Positions 44,265-54,503 of a stretch of 64,000 nucleotides of DNA are shown piece after piece; position 1 is the first letter of the stretch, and the number at the start of each line of letters is the position of its first letter. The position numbers were made by a program, and so were the translations under genes. The notes below the pieces were generated by a model. That model was given only the letters and a program-made list of their open reading frames with translations. It did not search any database and had not been told where the DNA came from. Origin of the DNA: a virus (Duplodnaviria; Caudoviricetes); the IMG/VR virus record IMGVR_UViG_3300004481_002026, positions 2,870-66,869 of that record. One strand, 5' to 3'.

Positions 44265-46470
44265 ACGGTTTTACCTCAATTCGTATAGCGACCCGGCGCA
44301 GCGGCTAATCTGGGAATACACACTCAGGCGCACCAGCACACTTTACCCCGTTGCTCGCCGAGACCCAATCTTTACCCCGATTTTTACGGCGGTTCTTGGC
44401 TCCGGCGGATTCGCCATCGGTGCCACCACGATCACCTACGCCTCGATCGCCTCTGCCATAGCCACCACTGCGCTCGGCATCCTTCTCACGCCGACAGCGC
44501 CAAAGCCGCCAAAGCCTGAGGACGGCAAGGTTCCGAAGACGCAGTCGATCCCTTATCGCGCGTGGGCCGTTGGCCGGATGCGTGTCGGCGGCTCCTACAT
44601 GCTGTGGGAGGCCAAGGGGCGTAACCTCATGGCCGTTCAGGCCGTAGCCGGTCACCGCGTTTCGGCTTATCGGGGGTTCTGGCTTCACGACAACCGAATT
44701 GATCTTTCTGACCTAGACGTAAACGGGTTCACGACCTTCGCAAGCGGCGATCGGTACGGGAACAACGTTCGGATTCTGACGCGAGTTGGTCTGCCAACCG
44801 AGACGGCGTATGCCCCGATTACGAACATTCTTTCTGCCGAAGGTATCTGGACGTCAGCGCATAGAGGAGACGGACAAGCATCGATCGCAATGATCGTGCA
44901 GTCGGTCGATCCGCAGAACCAGCAAAAACGCTTCCCCTACGGCGCGCCGGTTCTTTCAACGGAACTCGATGGCGCCTTGTGCTGGGATTTTCGCGATCCC
45001 GAACAAAGTCCGGCCAACCCTTCTACTTGGGTATGGACACGCAACGCCGCGCTCATCATGTGCTGGCACCAGTGCTTCAACGAGTTCGGACACAAGCGGG
45101 ACTACACCAAGGCCATCCTGCCCGTGCTCGACATGTGGAAGGAAGAGGCCGACATTTGCGACGAGGACGTACCTCTTGCGGGCGGTGGCACTGAGAAGCG
45201 CTACGAATGCAACGGATATGACACAGCCGAGAATGGCCCGAAGGTTGGCACCAACGCTATTCTGGCGGCGTGCGACGGCTGGATTTGTGAGCGGGGCGAT
45301 GGAGCTTTGCTGTTCACGGTCGGCAAGTTTCGTGAAAGCCGCTGCGGCGTCCTGACTGATGCCGACATTGTCGGGCACCAGATCCAGTATGACGTTCTGC
45401 CGGAAGATGCGGTCAACCAATTGGTCCCGCGCTTCACGTATCCGCCCACCGACTACACCACAAGCGATACCGACTTCTTTGAGGATGTGGCTGCTCAAGT
45501 AGAGTATGGGCGCATCCTGCGACAGGAAGCCGATTACGGCTGGTGTCACCAGTGGCGGCAGGCTCGGCGCTTGGGTATTCGCGACTGGCGACGGCTTCAG
45601 CAAAAGAAGCGCGGTTCGATCGACGTTCGGTTCTCTGGCATCAACGCGATCTACTCTCGTTGGGTTCGACTGGCGACACCGAACCGGATACCGTCGCTGA
45701 ATGGGGCCATTGTCGAAAACCGTCGTTCTGTCCTCGCGCTCATGCGCGGTGGCTTTCAGATGGACATTGTCAAGCACCCCGACAACATCGACGACTGGAA
45801 TCCAGCAGTAGATGAGGGCTCTCAGCCTCCGGTGCCAGATGCGCCTGACGCAGGCGAACTCGTTGTTCCTGTCATCAACGTCGTGCAGGCGAAACCTAGC
45901 GGCGGGTCAGTCTATATTCGTGTGGTCATTATCGACCCTGCTGATGATTCCCTTACACCCGTCGTTCGCTATCGTCTTGCGGACAATGGAACCGGAAGTC
46001 CTGGCGCGTGGATTGAACAAGAGTTTCCAACGTTCACTGCATCGGGTGGTTACATCAGCCTGAACACGAACCCAGTTCCGAGTGACAATAACATCGAAAT
46101 TGAGGTCGCCTTTAAAGTGGTCGGCGGCGATTATTCTGACTGGTCGGTTACCGCGAATGTGACATCGACAGTTGACCCTGTAGCACCCGGCACGCCTGTC
46201 AACATGACCGCGCCGAACTCAGTAGTGGCTGTTCCGGTTAGCGCCAAGGCAGCCAACGACAATACACATTACCTCGTGTTCAAGCGGGGAACGACGGTGC
46301 AGAGCTTCGCAGCGGCAACTCTGTTGAGCCGATACAACGCCACAGCCAACCAGACCATATCTTTCACCGACGCCCCCGGAGCAGGGACGTGGAAATATTG
46401 GTGCGGCGCTGAAAATCTATCTGGAATTGCCTCCGCTGCGCAGGCGTCCTCTACGGCAGTCGTCACCTGA
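44251..46470 (+). CDS. Central tail tip / host-specificity protein
   Basis: GRMRVGG, WTRNAAL, KRYECNG, VNQLVPRF; C-terminal FN3-like segments. Confidence 0.85.
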   Translation: MLRDERFYLNSYSDPAQRLIWEYTLRRTSTLYPVARRDPIFTPIFTAVLGSGGFAIGATTITYASIASAIATTALGILLTPTAPKPPKPEDGKVPKTQSIPYRAWAVGRMRVGGSYMLWEAKGRNLMAVQAVAGHRVSAYRGFWLHDNRIDLSDLDVNGFTTFASGDRYGNNVRILTRVGLPTETAYAPITNILSAEGIWTSAHRGDGQASIAMIVQSVDPQNQQKRFPYGAPVLSTELDGALCWDFRDPEQSPANPSTWVWTRNAALIMCWHQCFNEFGHKRDYTKAILPVLDMWKEEADICDEDVPLAGGGTEKRYECNGYDTAENGPKVGTNAILAACDGWICERGDGALLFTVGKFRESRCGVLTDADIVGHQIQYDVLPEDAVNQLVPRFTYPPTDYTTSDTDFFEDVAAQVEYGRILRQEADYGWCHQWRQARRLGIRDWRRLQQKKRGSIDVRFSGINAIYSRWVRLATPNRIPSLNGAIVENRRSVLALMRGGFQMDIVKHPDNIDDWNPAVDEGSQPPVPDAPDAGELVVPVINVVQAKPSGGSVYIRVVIIDPADDSLTPVVRYRLADNGTGSPGAWIEQEFPTFTASGGYISLNTNPVPSDNNIEIEVAFKVVGGDYSDWSVTANVTSTVDPVAPGTPVNMTAPNSVVAVPVSAKAANDNTHYLVFKRGTTVQSFAAATLLSRYNATANQTISFTDAPGAGTWKYWCGAENLSGIASAAQASSTAVVT

Positions 46471-46536
46471 TCTTTCAAAAAATTGAAAAGCAACCCTCTG
46501 GCTGTGGGCTGGAGGGGTTTTGCATGGAGAATCCAT

Positions 46537-48534
46537 ATGGCTGAACGAGCCTCTGTAATTTGGGCGGACGGTCCGACAATCAGGCCGACTCAGCCGGATA
46601 AATCCAAAATCCGTGCGTGGGGAACTCTTGTCGAGCAACAGGCGTCCATCGTTAATTCACCGTTGACGTATGATGCCTCCGGCGACGGCGCAACCGACGA
46701 CGCGGCAAACTACGCGGTGGCGGAATCGGATAATGACAGCATCTTTTTGGCCGCCGATACCATTTTCAACCTGAACGCATCGAAACCGACGAAGCCAATC
46801 TACGGACCCGGCGCGGTTATGATATCTGGCGTCTTGCTCGGCAAGGCCAACCCACTCGTGGATATGGTACAGGGAAACGTCTCGTTCACCCCTGACAGTT
46901 ATTCGGAGCTGGTGCGCGGGGAAACTCAAACTCCGGGCACGTCGGTTGTAAACTACTTTAACACATTTATCGGGAGTGGGTCCGGTCGGCCTGTAGACCT
47001 GACAAAACTTGTCACGCGCTCAACAGGTGTCGGCTCCGCAATTGGCGAGAGGGCGATCAACTGGGAAAGAGTTGACGCGTTCGGCAACGGCGCAATGCGC
47101 TTTGCCCCATATGCTGACCGAGTGACCGCAATCGGCACGCTGGCGTTCCAGTGGGCTGGCGGCACCTCTCAGCAGTTCCTGAAGGATACCTACCACGATT
47201 TGTGGCTAAAAACAGCCTTTACGGGGATGTTGTATCCGGGCGAGGAGGGGCCATCGAAAACAATTACGGGCATTACCAACGCAAGCCCCGGCTACGTGAC
47301 GATCGCCAATCACGGTTTCACAAACGGGCAGTCAGTCAAATTAACGTCGATTGGCGGGATGACGCAGCTGAACGGCGGCGTCTATATTGTGAGGGGGGCT
47401 GGAACGAACGAATTCCGCCTCGAGGATGGGTGGGGCCTTCCTGTTGATACTACGGGTTTCGGCGTTTACACCAGTGGCGGCGTCGCGAAACTCCAGTGGA
47501 ATTTCCAAGGCATGGAAAGCCGCGCTCCCGGTCTTGGGGCGGTGCTTGCAGCCTTCTCATCTTACCCCACAACCAAGGACGACTTCACGCTAAACATAGC
47601 CGTTGGCCGCGACGCTGGGCTGCACGCTATCAAGGGAACGGGGTTGAACTTCCTCGGATACCAGGCCGGCACCAACGCCTTCAATGCCGATTCTCTCGTC
47701 GGTATTGGTACCTATGCACTGCGGGATGCGGTGTTCCTTAGCCAAACAGTGGGCATTGGCAACTACGCCGGTATTTTCTGGCAAACCGGCACACGCAATC
47801 TCATCGCGGGCCACAACGCAGCGCCGACAGTTGTTGACGGTTCCAACAATACGATTGTTGGCCCTTATGCTGCCAACGGCCCAACGAAGGTCGATAATTC
47901 GGTCCTCTTGGGTTATCAGGCCGGCATCGGATGGGGCTCAATTCTTTCTGAGGTTCTGGCAATTCAGCGCGGCGCAAGTCGTGCCCCGCTTATTGGCGGC
48001 AAGTTTGACGTAGGATTTGTCGGCATTAACCCGCCGTCTCTTGGTGCGATCGCCCAGCCTTTCAAGGTGTGGGACTTTGCGGGAGCTGAACGTTTCGGCG
48101 TCGAAAATGGCGGCTTTTTCTCTTTCAGTCATTCCGATGATGGTGCTGGGGTTGGACCAGTGGTCGAGTTACGTAGGCTCAGCGCCTCGCCGGCGGCAAG
48201 TGATCTCATTGCCGCTCTTCGGTTTGTTGGTTTCGACAGCGCCGCCAACACGACAAACTACGCCGATATCTTCGGGACTATCATCACCGCCACTGATGGC
48301 GCTGAAGCCTCTCGCTTGACGCTCCGCACGATGGTTGCTGGCGCGCTTTCTTCCGCAATTCAGATTGACGATCTGGTTAGATTGAGCAGGCCGCTAGTGG
48401 TCTCCCCAGCCGCATCTGTAACGCCGGCTACAAACGGCGACGTGATGTTCCAGCTTACGTCAAACACCTCGCTCACGTTCAAGGTCAAGGGTTCGGACGG
48501 GGTTGTCCGCTCTGGCTCGATCGCACTCTCGTAA
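46537..48534 (+). CDS. Tail spike/fiber 1 (beta-helix repeats, FCCH-like insertion)
   Basis: N-terminal anchor, GDGATDD, Gly-rich 14-16 aa repeats, ITGITNASPG..HGFTNG insertion. Confidence 0.85.
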   Translation: MAERASVIWADGPTIRPTQPDKSKIRAWGTLVEQQASIVNSPLTYDASGDGATDDAANYAVAESDNDSIFLAADTIFNLNASKPTKPIYGPGAVMISGVLLGKANPLVDMVQGNVSFTPDSYSELVRGETQTPGTSVVNYFNTFIGSGSGRPVDLTKLVTRSTGVGSAIGERAINWERVDAFGNGAMRFAPYADRVTAIGTLAFQWAGGTSQQFLKDTYHDLWLKTAFTGMLYPGEEGPSKTITGITNASPGYVTIANHGFTNGQSVKLTSIGGMTQLNGGVYIVRGAGTNEFRLEDGWGLPVDTTGFGVYTSGGVAKLQWNFQGMESRAPGLGAVLAAFSSYPTTKDDFTLNIAVGRDAGLHAIKGTGLNFLGYQAGTNAFNADSLVGIGTYALRDAVFLSQTVGIGNYAGIFWQTGTRNLIAGHNAAPTVVDGSNNTIVGPYAANGPTKVDNSVLLGYQAGIGWGSILSEVLAIQRGASRAPLIGGKFDVGFVGINPPSLGAIAQPFKVWDFAGAERFGVENGGFFSFSHSDDGAGVGPVVELRRLSASPAASDLIAALRFVGFDSAANTTNYADIFGTIITATDGAEASRLTLRTMVAGALSSAIQIDDLVRLSRPLVVSPAASVTPATNGDVMFQLTSNTSLTFKVKGSDGVVRSGSIALS

Positions 48535-48543
48535 GGAATCCAC

Positions 48544-48693
48544 ATGCAGAAATTTACTGTCCCCGCCAACGTTCTCCAGGCTGTCGCGGAATATCTCTCT
48601 ACGCGTCCTTTCAAGGAAGTCGCAGGCCTAATTCAGGCCCTCTCGCAGGCTGAGCCCGTTGCGGAAGCCGCGGCAGAACCGGACGTCGACTAA
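48544..48693 (+). CDS. Small fiber-associated protein A (49 aa)
   Basis: Hand-translated; AAGGA SD; paralog of 50856-51029. Confidence 0.7.
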   Translation: MQKFTVPANVLQAVAEYLSTRPFKEVAGLIQALSQAEPVAEAAAEPDVD

Positions 48694-48737
48694 CCACCCA
48701 ATCCGCCCAGCGCACTCTTTTTCCACGGAGAAAACCA

Positions 48738-49088
48738 ATGGCGGATACGCCCAATTCAGTGATCCGCGGTTATAGCTGGTCGCAAGAGTTCATTTGCCCC
48801 GACGGCACGCTTGAATCGTTTGACGACGTCGTATCCGAGATCGAATGGTATCGGATCGGCTTCGCTCATCCCATTGGCCGTATGACATGCAGCACAATGG
48901 CCGGTGACATTATCACGGACGGCCAGATGATCACCATAACCATAGAAGAGGGGCGAACCGCTCTCTTGCTGGACGGTGAGCGAATCAGGTTCGACTTCAA
49001 ACGCATTCGCGATGGAGCCGAGGTCTATCTCGGCGTTCGGGTTAATGTCCCAATTATTGAGCCGATTACAAAGGGAGCGCTCGGATGA
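48738..49088 (+). CDS. BppU-like adaptor / hypothetical tail protein
   Basis: GGAG SD; IRGYSWSQEF start; precedes spike 2. Confidence 0.65.
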   Translation: MADTPNSVIRGYSWSQEFICPDGTLESFDDVVSEIEWYRIGFAHPIGRMTCSTMAGDIITDGQMITITIEEGRTALLLDGERIRFDFKRIRDGAEVYLGVRVNVPIIEPITKGALG

Positions 49089-50845
49089 GTTGCGCAATTA
49101 AACTTGAGCCGGTATCCGGCGTTCCAGGCTCCGTTGGTCTTCGCGGTTGGACTCCTGTGCTCGCGCTGGAAGACGACGGCGTACGCAGGATCATGAAGGT
49201 TTCCGACTGGACCGGAAGCGGCGGAACAAAGCCAGCGGTGGGCGTCTACGTCTCTGCGACTGGCTTTACAGCAATTAAGGCCTTGGCTGTTGATGTCAGG
49301 GGTCCGGAAACAGTTAACATGGCACGCATAAATGTTGTGCCTGCGTTCGGCAATTCCGTTCCTCGGTCTCCCTTGGAGTACGGCGCAACTGGCGACGGGG
49401 CGACCGTGGACACGACCGACTATCAGGCGGCTGAGGCAGTTCAGAGCGCGGTTTTTCTACCGAATGGTTCTGTGTTTAACCTTGGCTCGGACTTCCCGGC
49501 AAAGCCCGTGCATGGTCCTGGGTTTTTGAAGCTTGGAGCGGACACATACGGCGGCGCTCAACTTGTTTATGACCCTTACCGTACATCACTGCGGTATTCT
49601 CCTGACAGCTACTATGACAAGACTGGGAATTTCCCGAGCGGGTCGGATGACCATCTTACGGTGGCCATTTCTCCTGGGTCGCATAAGTCGGGGATTTTGA
49701 ACCGCGTTACGGCCGTAGGCGCATTGCAGTTCCAGCGAGCTATTAACATCGACCGATCCGAGGTTTTTGGCGTCAACGGCATGCAGTTCACCTCGTATGC
49801 CAACCGCGTGACCGCGATCGGCGCCAATGCTGGGCAGTGGTTTGGGTGCGTCAACCCGATTGCTGATGAGCACCCGATGTACCTATCCAACGGGTTCAAT
49901 CCTGGCCAAGTCGGGTGGGACTATGACGGGTTGGAAACTCGTAACCCGGGTATCGGCACAAAGATTGCAGCCATTACTGTTACCTCCGATTTGGATGCGT
50001 ACCAGACAGTCATCATCGGCCGGGATTGCCTTGGCGGGGTCAAAGCCAAATACACCGTTGCCATTGGCTACCACTCTCTCTCTGCAGGTTCCGATGTCGA
50101 AGGCGTCACCTCTGTAGGTGTTGAAACCTTCCATGATGGCGTGCTGCTCAAGTATTCGTCAGGCTTTGGTTACGGTGCAGGCAAGCTTTGGCAGGAGGGC
50201 CAGCGCAACCTCCTTGCCGGTAGCGATGCTGGCAGGACAGCCATTAGGGGCTCCTACAACACGCTGCTGGGACCGTTCGCTGGCTCCGATGCCATACAGC
50301 ATGACGATAACGTGCTGCTAGGCTACAGCGCGGGCAACAGTTTTGGGGCGGTGGCCGTCTCGGGCATCCTCTCCGTTAGCAACCGAAACAAAGCGGATCT
50401 TATCTCAGGATCGTTTGCGAACGGTTATGTCGGTATCGGAGGTATCCGGGGCGATCTCGCTTTGGGCTCACTGCACGTTGTCACAGGTGGCGTGAGGGCC
50501 GCAGGCGCACCCGCTTCCTATAGCGCTGGAAACCGGTCTTTTATTGTGGAAAACAACGGCCAGGTCAGCATGACTATGCAGGGCGTGTCCTCGTCGGTTG
50601 CAATCATCAATGCATACGCAGGTAGCCTGAAAGGCTTTCTCAAGTATGATTTCACTGATGATAGTTGGTCGATCGGCAACAACAACGTCACCCGAATGAG
50701 GGTTACGCCAACCGGGATGGGGTTCAACGGTTCCGCAGCAACTGCCAAGCCAACGATTACGGGCGCCAAAGGGGGTAATGCTGCGTTGACCTCATTGCTC
50801 AGCCAGCTTGCAACAATGGGTCTTCTTACAGACAGCACGACATAG
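49085..50845 (+). CDS. Tail spike/fiber 2
   Basis: GATGDGATVDT; repeats homologous to spike 1. Confidence 0.85.
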   Translation: MSCAIKLEPVSGVPGSVGLRGWTPVLALEDDGVRRIMKVSDWTGSGGTKPAVGVYVSATGFTAIKALAVDVRGPETVNMARINVVPAFGNSVPRSPLEYGATGDGATVDTTDYQAAEAVQSAVFLPNGSVFNLGSDFPAKPVHGPGFLKLGADTYGGAQLVYDPYRTSLRYSPDSYYDKTGNFPSGSDDHLTVAISPGSHKSGILNRVTAVGALQFQRAINIDRSEVFGVNGMQFTSYANRVTAIGANAGQWFGCVNPIADEHPMYLSNGFNPGQVGWDYDGLETRNPGIGTKIAAITVTSDLDAYQTVIIGRDCLGGVKAKYTVAIGYHSLSAGSDVEGVTSVGVETFHDGVLLKYSSGFGYGAGKLWQEGQRNLLAGSDAGRTAIRGSYNTLLGPFAGSDAIQHDDNVLLGYSAGNSFGAVAVSGILSVSNRNKADLISGSFANGYVGIGGIRGDLALGSLHVVTGGVRAAGAPASYSAGNRSFIVENNGQVSMTMQGVSSSVAIINAYAGSLKGFLKYDFTDDSWSIGNNNVTRMRVTPTGMGFNGSAATAKPTITGAKGGNAALTSLLSQLATMGLLTDSTT

Positions 50846-50855
50846 GAGAACTTGC

Positions 50856-51029
50856 GTGAAATATTTCCTTATTGAGACCAGGGCAGCACAGGCAATAGCC
50901 GACTACCTCACCACAAAGCCATATAGAGAGGTTGCTGGCCTTATTTCAATTCTAGAGCAACTTCGTCCAAGTGAACCTGACCCCGCGTTTAGGGAACAGG
51001 ATCAAGCAGAGGCGGGGGATAAGTCCTGA
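50856..51029 (+). CDS. Small fiber-associated protein B
   Basis: AIADYLTTKPYREVAGLISIL matches AVAEYLSTRPFKEVAGLIQAL. Confidence 0.65.
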   Translation: MKYFLIETRAAQAIADYLTTKPYREVAGLISILEQLRPSEPDPAFREQDQAEAGDKS

Positions 51030-51196
51030 ATAATGGCCTCGATCTGGGAAATAACTTCCTCATCTTCTTCGTCGTGAGAAACCTCCCCATAGAGCAGCTT
51101 TTCATCGTCGTTTAGATGGGAGTTCGCGCTTGGGGTGAGTAAATTAAATATTCGATACGCTGCTTCTCGCGCCGGGGATTTTGCTTCTTGTGTCAT
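51002..51196 (-). CDS. Small acidic moron protein
   Basis: AAGAAGGG SD-like; AT-rich block, divergent from the glycosyltransferase. Confidence 0.5.
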   Translation of the reverse strand: MTQEAKSPAREAAYRIFNLLTPSANSHLNDDEKLLYGEVSHDEEDEEVISQIEAIIQDLSPASA

Positions 51197-51269
51197 CTTG
51201 AGCCCTTCTTTTTTTTGAGAAACTTCGTTATCAGTACCGCGATCGGGGTTCAATAAGATAGGGGCAATA

Positions 51270-52205
51270 ATGACTGACGACACTGGTTTGAATGATATTT
51301 TGATTTCGCTTAAGCAGGTCTTGCGTCGTGAGGTTGTTGCCGAGCATGAAGCCACTGTGTTGCGAGAACTGGCCACCATCATTGATCGTCAGAAGAAAAT
51401 GGAAGACACGCTCCGGGGTTTGATGGAGTTGCAGGAGCGGACGCTTCGAGCAGCAACGGCTGGGATGCGCGTTGAAATAGCGGAATTCCTGGCTCAAACA
51501 CAACTAAGCATGGTCGATACGGTTAAGCACCTCAAAACCAACCGCCTCAGTTTTTCTCGCTACGGCGACGGCGAGCTGGAAACGATGGTTTATTTCTCCC
51601 ATGGCATCAAGTTTCAGGTGGCTTCAGCTGAACTGTCGGCTGATCTAAAGGCCGTCATCACTTTTGATGGTTACGATCGCGAAAAACTGATGATTGGTCT
51701 GCCGGACTTGATGCCAGGAAACACCGTCTGGGAGGCGAAGTGGCCGCTGTTGTGGCCACCACTGAAGCTGATGCTTGACGATCAGGTAACATACGGGAAC
51801 GCGATGGTTTCGCGGCCTCAGTTCTTCCGGCATTTTGGTGAAAGCGCCGTAAAGGCTTGGCGTGAACTTTGGGAGGGGGAGGACATCTGCTTCATTACGG
51901 GTGAGGGATCTCGGTTCGAGCCGGTTGAGGGGCTTTTCTCAAACTCTCGAAGTCAAACAGAGATATTTTCCACGCCGGTAAACGCCTATGACGACCTTGA
52001 GCGCGTCATCGACGTGGTTAAGCAGACCGTACCTAGGCAGACGCTTTGCTTGATTGCTCTAGGGCCAGCAGGAACCATACTCGCTGCAAAACTTAGTAAC
52101 GCTGGGTATTGGGCGTTAGATGTGGGCCATATCAGCAATAGTTACAGCCAGATATTTGAGGGCAAGGCTAAGCCGGAAAAGTTGCCGGTCGCCCGCAAGG
52201 TGTGA
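51270..52205 (+). CDS. GT-D fold (DUF1792-like) glycosyltransferase with N-terminal coiled coil
   Basis: SFSRYGDGE, LIALGPAGTILA, ALDVGHI motifs. Confidence 0.8.
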   Translation: MTDDTGLNDILISLKQVLRREVVAEHEATVLRELATIIDRQKKMEDTLRGLMELQERTLRAATAGMRVEIAEFLAQTQLSMVDTVKHLKTNRLSFSRYGDGELETMVYFSHGIKFQVASAELSADLKAVITFDGYDREKLMIGLPDLMPGNTVWEAKWPLLWPPLKLMLDDQVTYGNAMVSRPQFFRHFGESAVKAWRELWEGEDICFITGEGSRFEPVEGLFSNSRSQTEIFSTPVNAYDDLERVIDVVKQTVPRQTLCLIALGPAGTILAAKLSNAGYWALDVGHISNSYSQIFEGKAKPEKLPVARKV

Positions 52206-52297
52206 ACCAATCAGGGCCGTCCGACAGAGTGACGGCCCTTCAAGCGTTTAGCCTCATGAATAAGCTGTAAAACTTAGAGTTTCCGGGCTATACGTGG

Positions 52298-52510
52298 CTA
52301 TGTCGTAGCGCGCGGGCGGAGGGCCCAGTTGTCTATTCTCGGGTCGAGGCGGTCCGCTTCCTTGTCTTCGTCTGGCAAAAAGTCCGGGTCAACTTCTGGA
52401 ATGGCCGGTTTAGCTTCCCGCCCCCGAAACCAAAGTACCGCGAACATCCCGGCGGTTGTGGCCAAAATCGCATTGGTGATAACCAAAATCAAATGCGCGG
52501 TGGTAAGCAT
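52298..52510 (-). CDS. Small single-pass membrane protein
   Basis: GAGGAGG SD; N-terminal transmembrane helix, acidic tail. Confidence 0.6.
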   Translation of the reverse strand: MLTTAHLILVITNAILATTAGMFAVLWFRGREAKPAIPEVDPDFLPDEDKEADRLDPRIDNWALRPRATT

Positions 52511-52667
52511 TCTTGCCTCCTCGTCGAGTGTCTTGGCGTGCCTTGCATCGCAGGGCGCCTTAGCTTTTTTAACCCTCACTCAATCTCTAATTGCTGTCAA
52601 GTAACCACCACCACATCACAGGAGAACCCAACGGGTTCCCTGACCACACCCACCACAAGGAATAACC

Positions 52668-53201
52668 ATGACCGCAACCTTACAGGCACTGCCTGCCGGG
52701 TGGCTCCCGGCTGCGAAAATGCAGCGGGTCATCTGCCACTGGACCGCTGGCCACCACAAGGCGAGCGAGAATGACAAGGCGCATTATCACATTCTGATCG
52801 AGGACGGTGGCGACGTAGTCCGCGGCAAGCCGACGATCGACATGAACGCCGCGCCAAAGAAGAAGGGTTATGCCGCCCACACGCTGAACTGCAACACAGG
52901 CTCGATTGGTGTCTCGCTCTGCTGCATGGCGCTGGCAACGGAAAGCCCGTTCAATCCCGGCAAGGCCCCGATGACCAAGGCGCAGTGGGATAAGCTGGCT
53001 GTCGTTGTCGCTGACCTTTGCCGTTTCTACGGCATTCCGGTTACGGCCAAGACGGTGTTGAGCCACGCGGAAGTGCAGGGAACTCTAGGGATTCAGCAGC
53101 GCGGCAAGTGGGATTTCACCCGTCTTGCATTCGCTCCGGAGGTCAAGGGCGCCAAAGCGTGCGGCGATCTGCTGCGGGCTGCCGTCGCCAGGCTGTTGTA
53201 A
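52668..53201 (+). CDS. Endolysin, N-acetylmuramoyl-L-alanine amidase (Amidase_2)
   Basis: ICHWTAG, AHYH, AAHT..CNTGSIGV, SHAE, KWD. Confidence 0.92.
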   Translation: MTATLQALPAGWLPAAKMQRVICHWTAGHHKASENDKAHYHILIEDGGDVVRGKPTIDMNAAPKKKGYAAHTLNCNTGSIGVSLCCMALATESPFNPGKAPMTKAQWDKLAVVVADLCRFYGIPVTAKTVLSHAEVQGTLGIQQRGKWDFTRLAFAPEVKGAKACGDLLRAAVARLL

Positions 53202-53202
53202 A

Positions 53203-53505
53203 ATGCGGTTCTTCATGGACCACAAGGCATCGCCCGACTGGGCGGTGCGCCGGCGCATCATCATCATCTCGATGCTCTGGGAAGCCATCGCCATCACGAT
53301 CATCATTGCGTGGGCGATGTTGCGGGCCGTTACCAATCCGCTGCTGGACGTCGCGCTCATCAATCTCTCGACGCTCTTTGGCGGCACGCTGGGCAGTTAT
53401 GTCTTCGGCGCGGTCTGGGATCGAAAGAATGAGTTGAAGGCCGATGTCGCGCAGTCCGCCGTCGATAATCCCGACACCACCACCAACGTGACAGTGGAGC
53501 AGTGA
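53203..53505 (+). CDS. Holin
   Basis: Two transmembrane helices; GSYVFGAVWD; follows the endolysin. Confidence 0.75.
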   Translation: MRFFMDHKASPDWAVRRRIIIISMLWEAIAITIIIAWAMLRAVTNPLLDVALINLSTLFGGTLGSYVFGAVWDRKNELKADVAQSAVDNPDTTTNVTVEQ

Positions 53506-53873
53506 TGTCCTTATTGTTTAGCAAGCCCTTTGGGTATGTCCTAGCCGCGCTGGCCGCCGTTGTCGTGTTGTGGGGCGTCTACGCCTACATCGACCACCAA
53601 GGCTACCAGCGGGCGGCTGTGGAGTATCAGGCGCGGTACGACAAGCTGGTGGCCGAATACAACGACGCTCGCACCAAGGAAATCATGCGGCAGGCTGCTG
53701 CGAACAACGCGGCCAAGGCTCTCGAGGCCGCCCGCATTGCCGAATTGCAGGCCGCCAACTCCGAACTAGAAACACGAATCAAGGAGCTGGCCGATGAAGC
53801 CGATAAAGACCCTGATGCTGGCAAGCCTGCTCTTGGCGCTGCCGGGGTGCGCCGTATCAACTCGATCCGTTAG
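53505..53873 (+). CDS. Inner-membrane spanin (Rz-like)
   Basis: N-terminal transmembrane helix, coiled coil, overlaps a lipoprotein gene. Confidence 0.8.
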   Translation: MSLLFSKPFGYVLAALAAVVVLWGVYAYIDHQGYQRAAVEYQARYDKLVAEYNDARTKEIMRQAAANNAAKALEAARIAELQAANSELETRIKELADEADKDPDAGKPALGAAGVRRINSIR

Positions 53874-54087
53874 TCCTGCGGTTCGTCCGCAGATCGCAAC
53901 GATTGATTCCGCGCTGCTCCAGAAGTGCGACCTGCCAATCGATCTCGGCACGAACGCCTTGGCGCAGGCGCAGCTTGAAAAGCTCTGGATTTCCGACCGT
54001 AAACGCTTGCTGACCTGTTATCGCCGCCATCTGGCGCTGCGTGACGTGGTCGTGGCGCGTGACGCCGGTTTGAGGGGTGATCCATGA
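53794..54087 (+). CDS. Outer-membrane spanin lipoprotein (Rz1-like)
   Basis: Lipobox LPG-C; overlaps the 3' end of the i-spanin. Confidence 0.8.
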   Translation: MKPIKTLMLASLLLALPGCAVSTRSVSPAVRPQIATIDSALLQKCDLPIDLGTNALAQAQLEKLWISDRKRLLTCYRRHLALRDVVVARDAGLRGDP

Positions 54088-54503
54088 ACGCTGAACTATG
54101 GACGCAGCTCGTTGGCGGCGCGATATTCTTCATCACCGTTTCCGGCGCCCTGTGGGGCATCTGGTGGCGCATTGAGGGCAAGGTGGATACAGCGCGCCGG
54201 GATGCACTGGAACGCGTGGAGGCGGCGCGCAAGGAGGCTGCTGAACGTGTCGATGTCGCCCGCAAGGAAGCCAATGACAGGGCCGGGATTGCTATTGCCG
54301 AAGCCGCCAACGCACGCATTGATTTGGCGGCTCACCGCCTTCACTGTTCCGAAGTATTCGCCACGAAGCAAGGCATGCAAGAGCAGACTGCGCAATTGCT
54401 TCGCGCTATCGAGAGTGTTGGAAATCGCATTGAGGGTATGAACGAACGGCTAGACCGTGCTTTTGAGCAGCCAGTCGCGCCCGCCCGCCGCCGCGCTACT
54501 TAG
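54084..54503 (+). CDS. Membrane-anchored coiled-coil protein (lysis cassette)
   Basis: N-terminal transmembrane helix plus repeated coiled coil. Confidence 0.7.
   Translation: MNAELWTQLVGGAIFFITVSGALWGIWWRIEGKVDTARRDALERVEAARKEAAERVDVARKEANDRAGIAIAEAANARIDLAAHRLHCSEVFATKQGMQEQTAQLLRAIESVGNRIEGMNERLDRAFEQPVAPARRRAT

Noticed and set aside
46537-50845. Diversity-generating retroelement acting on the tail spikes
   Set aside because: No reverse transcriptase and no template/variable repeat pair seen.
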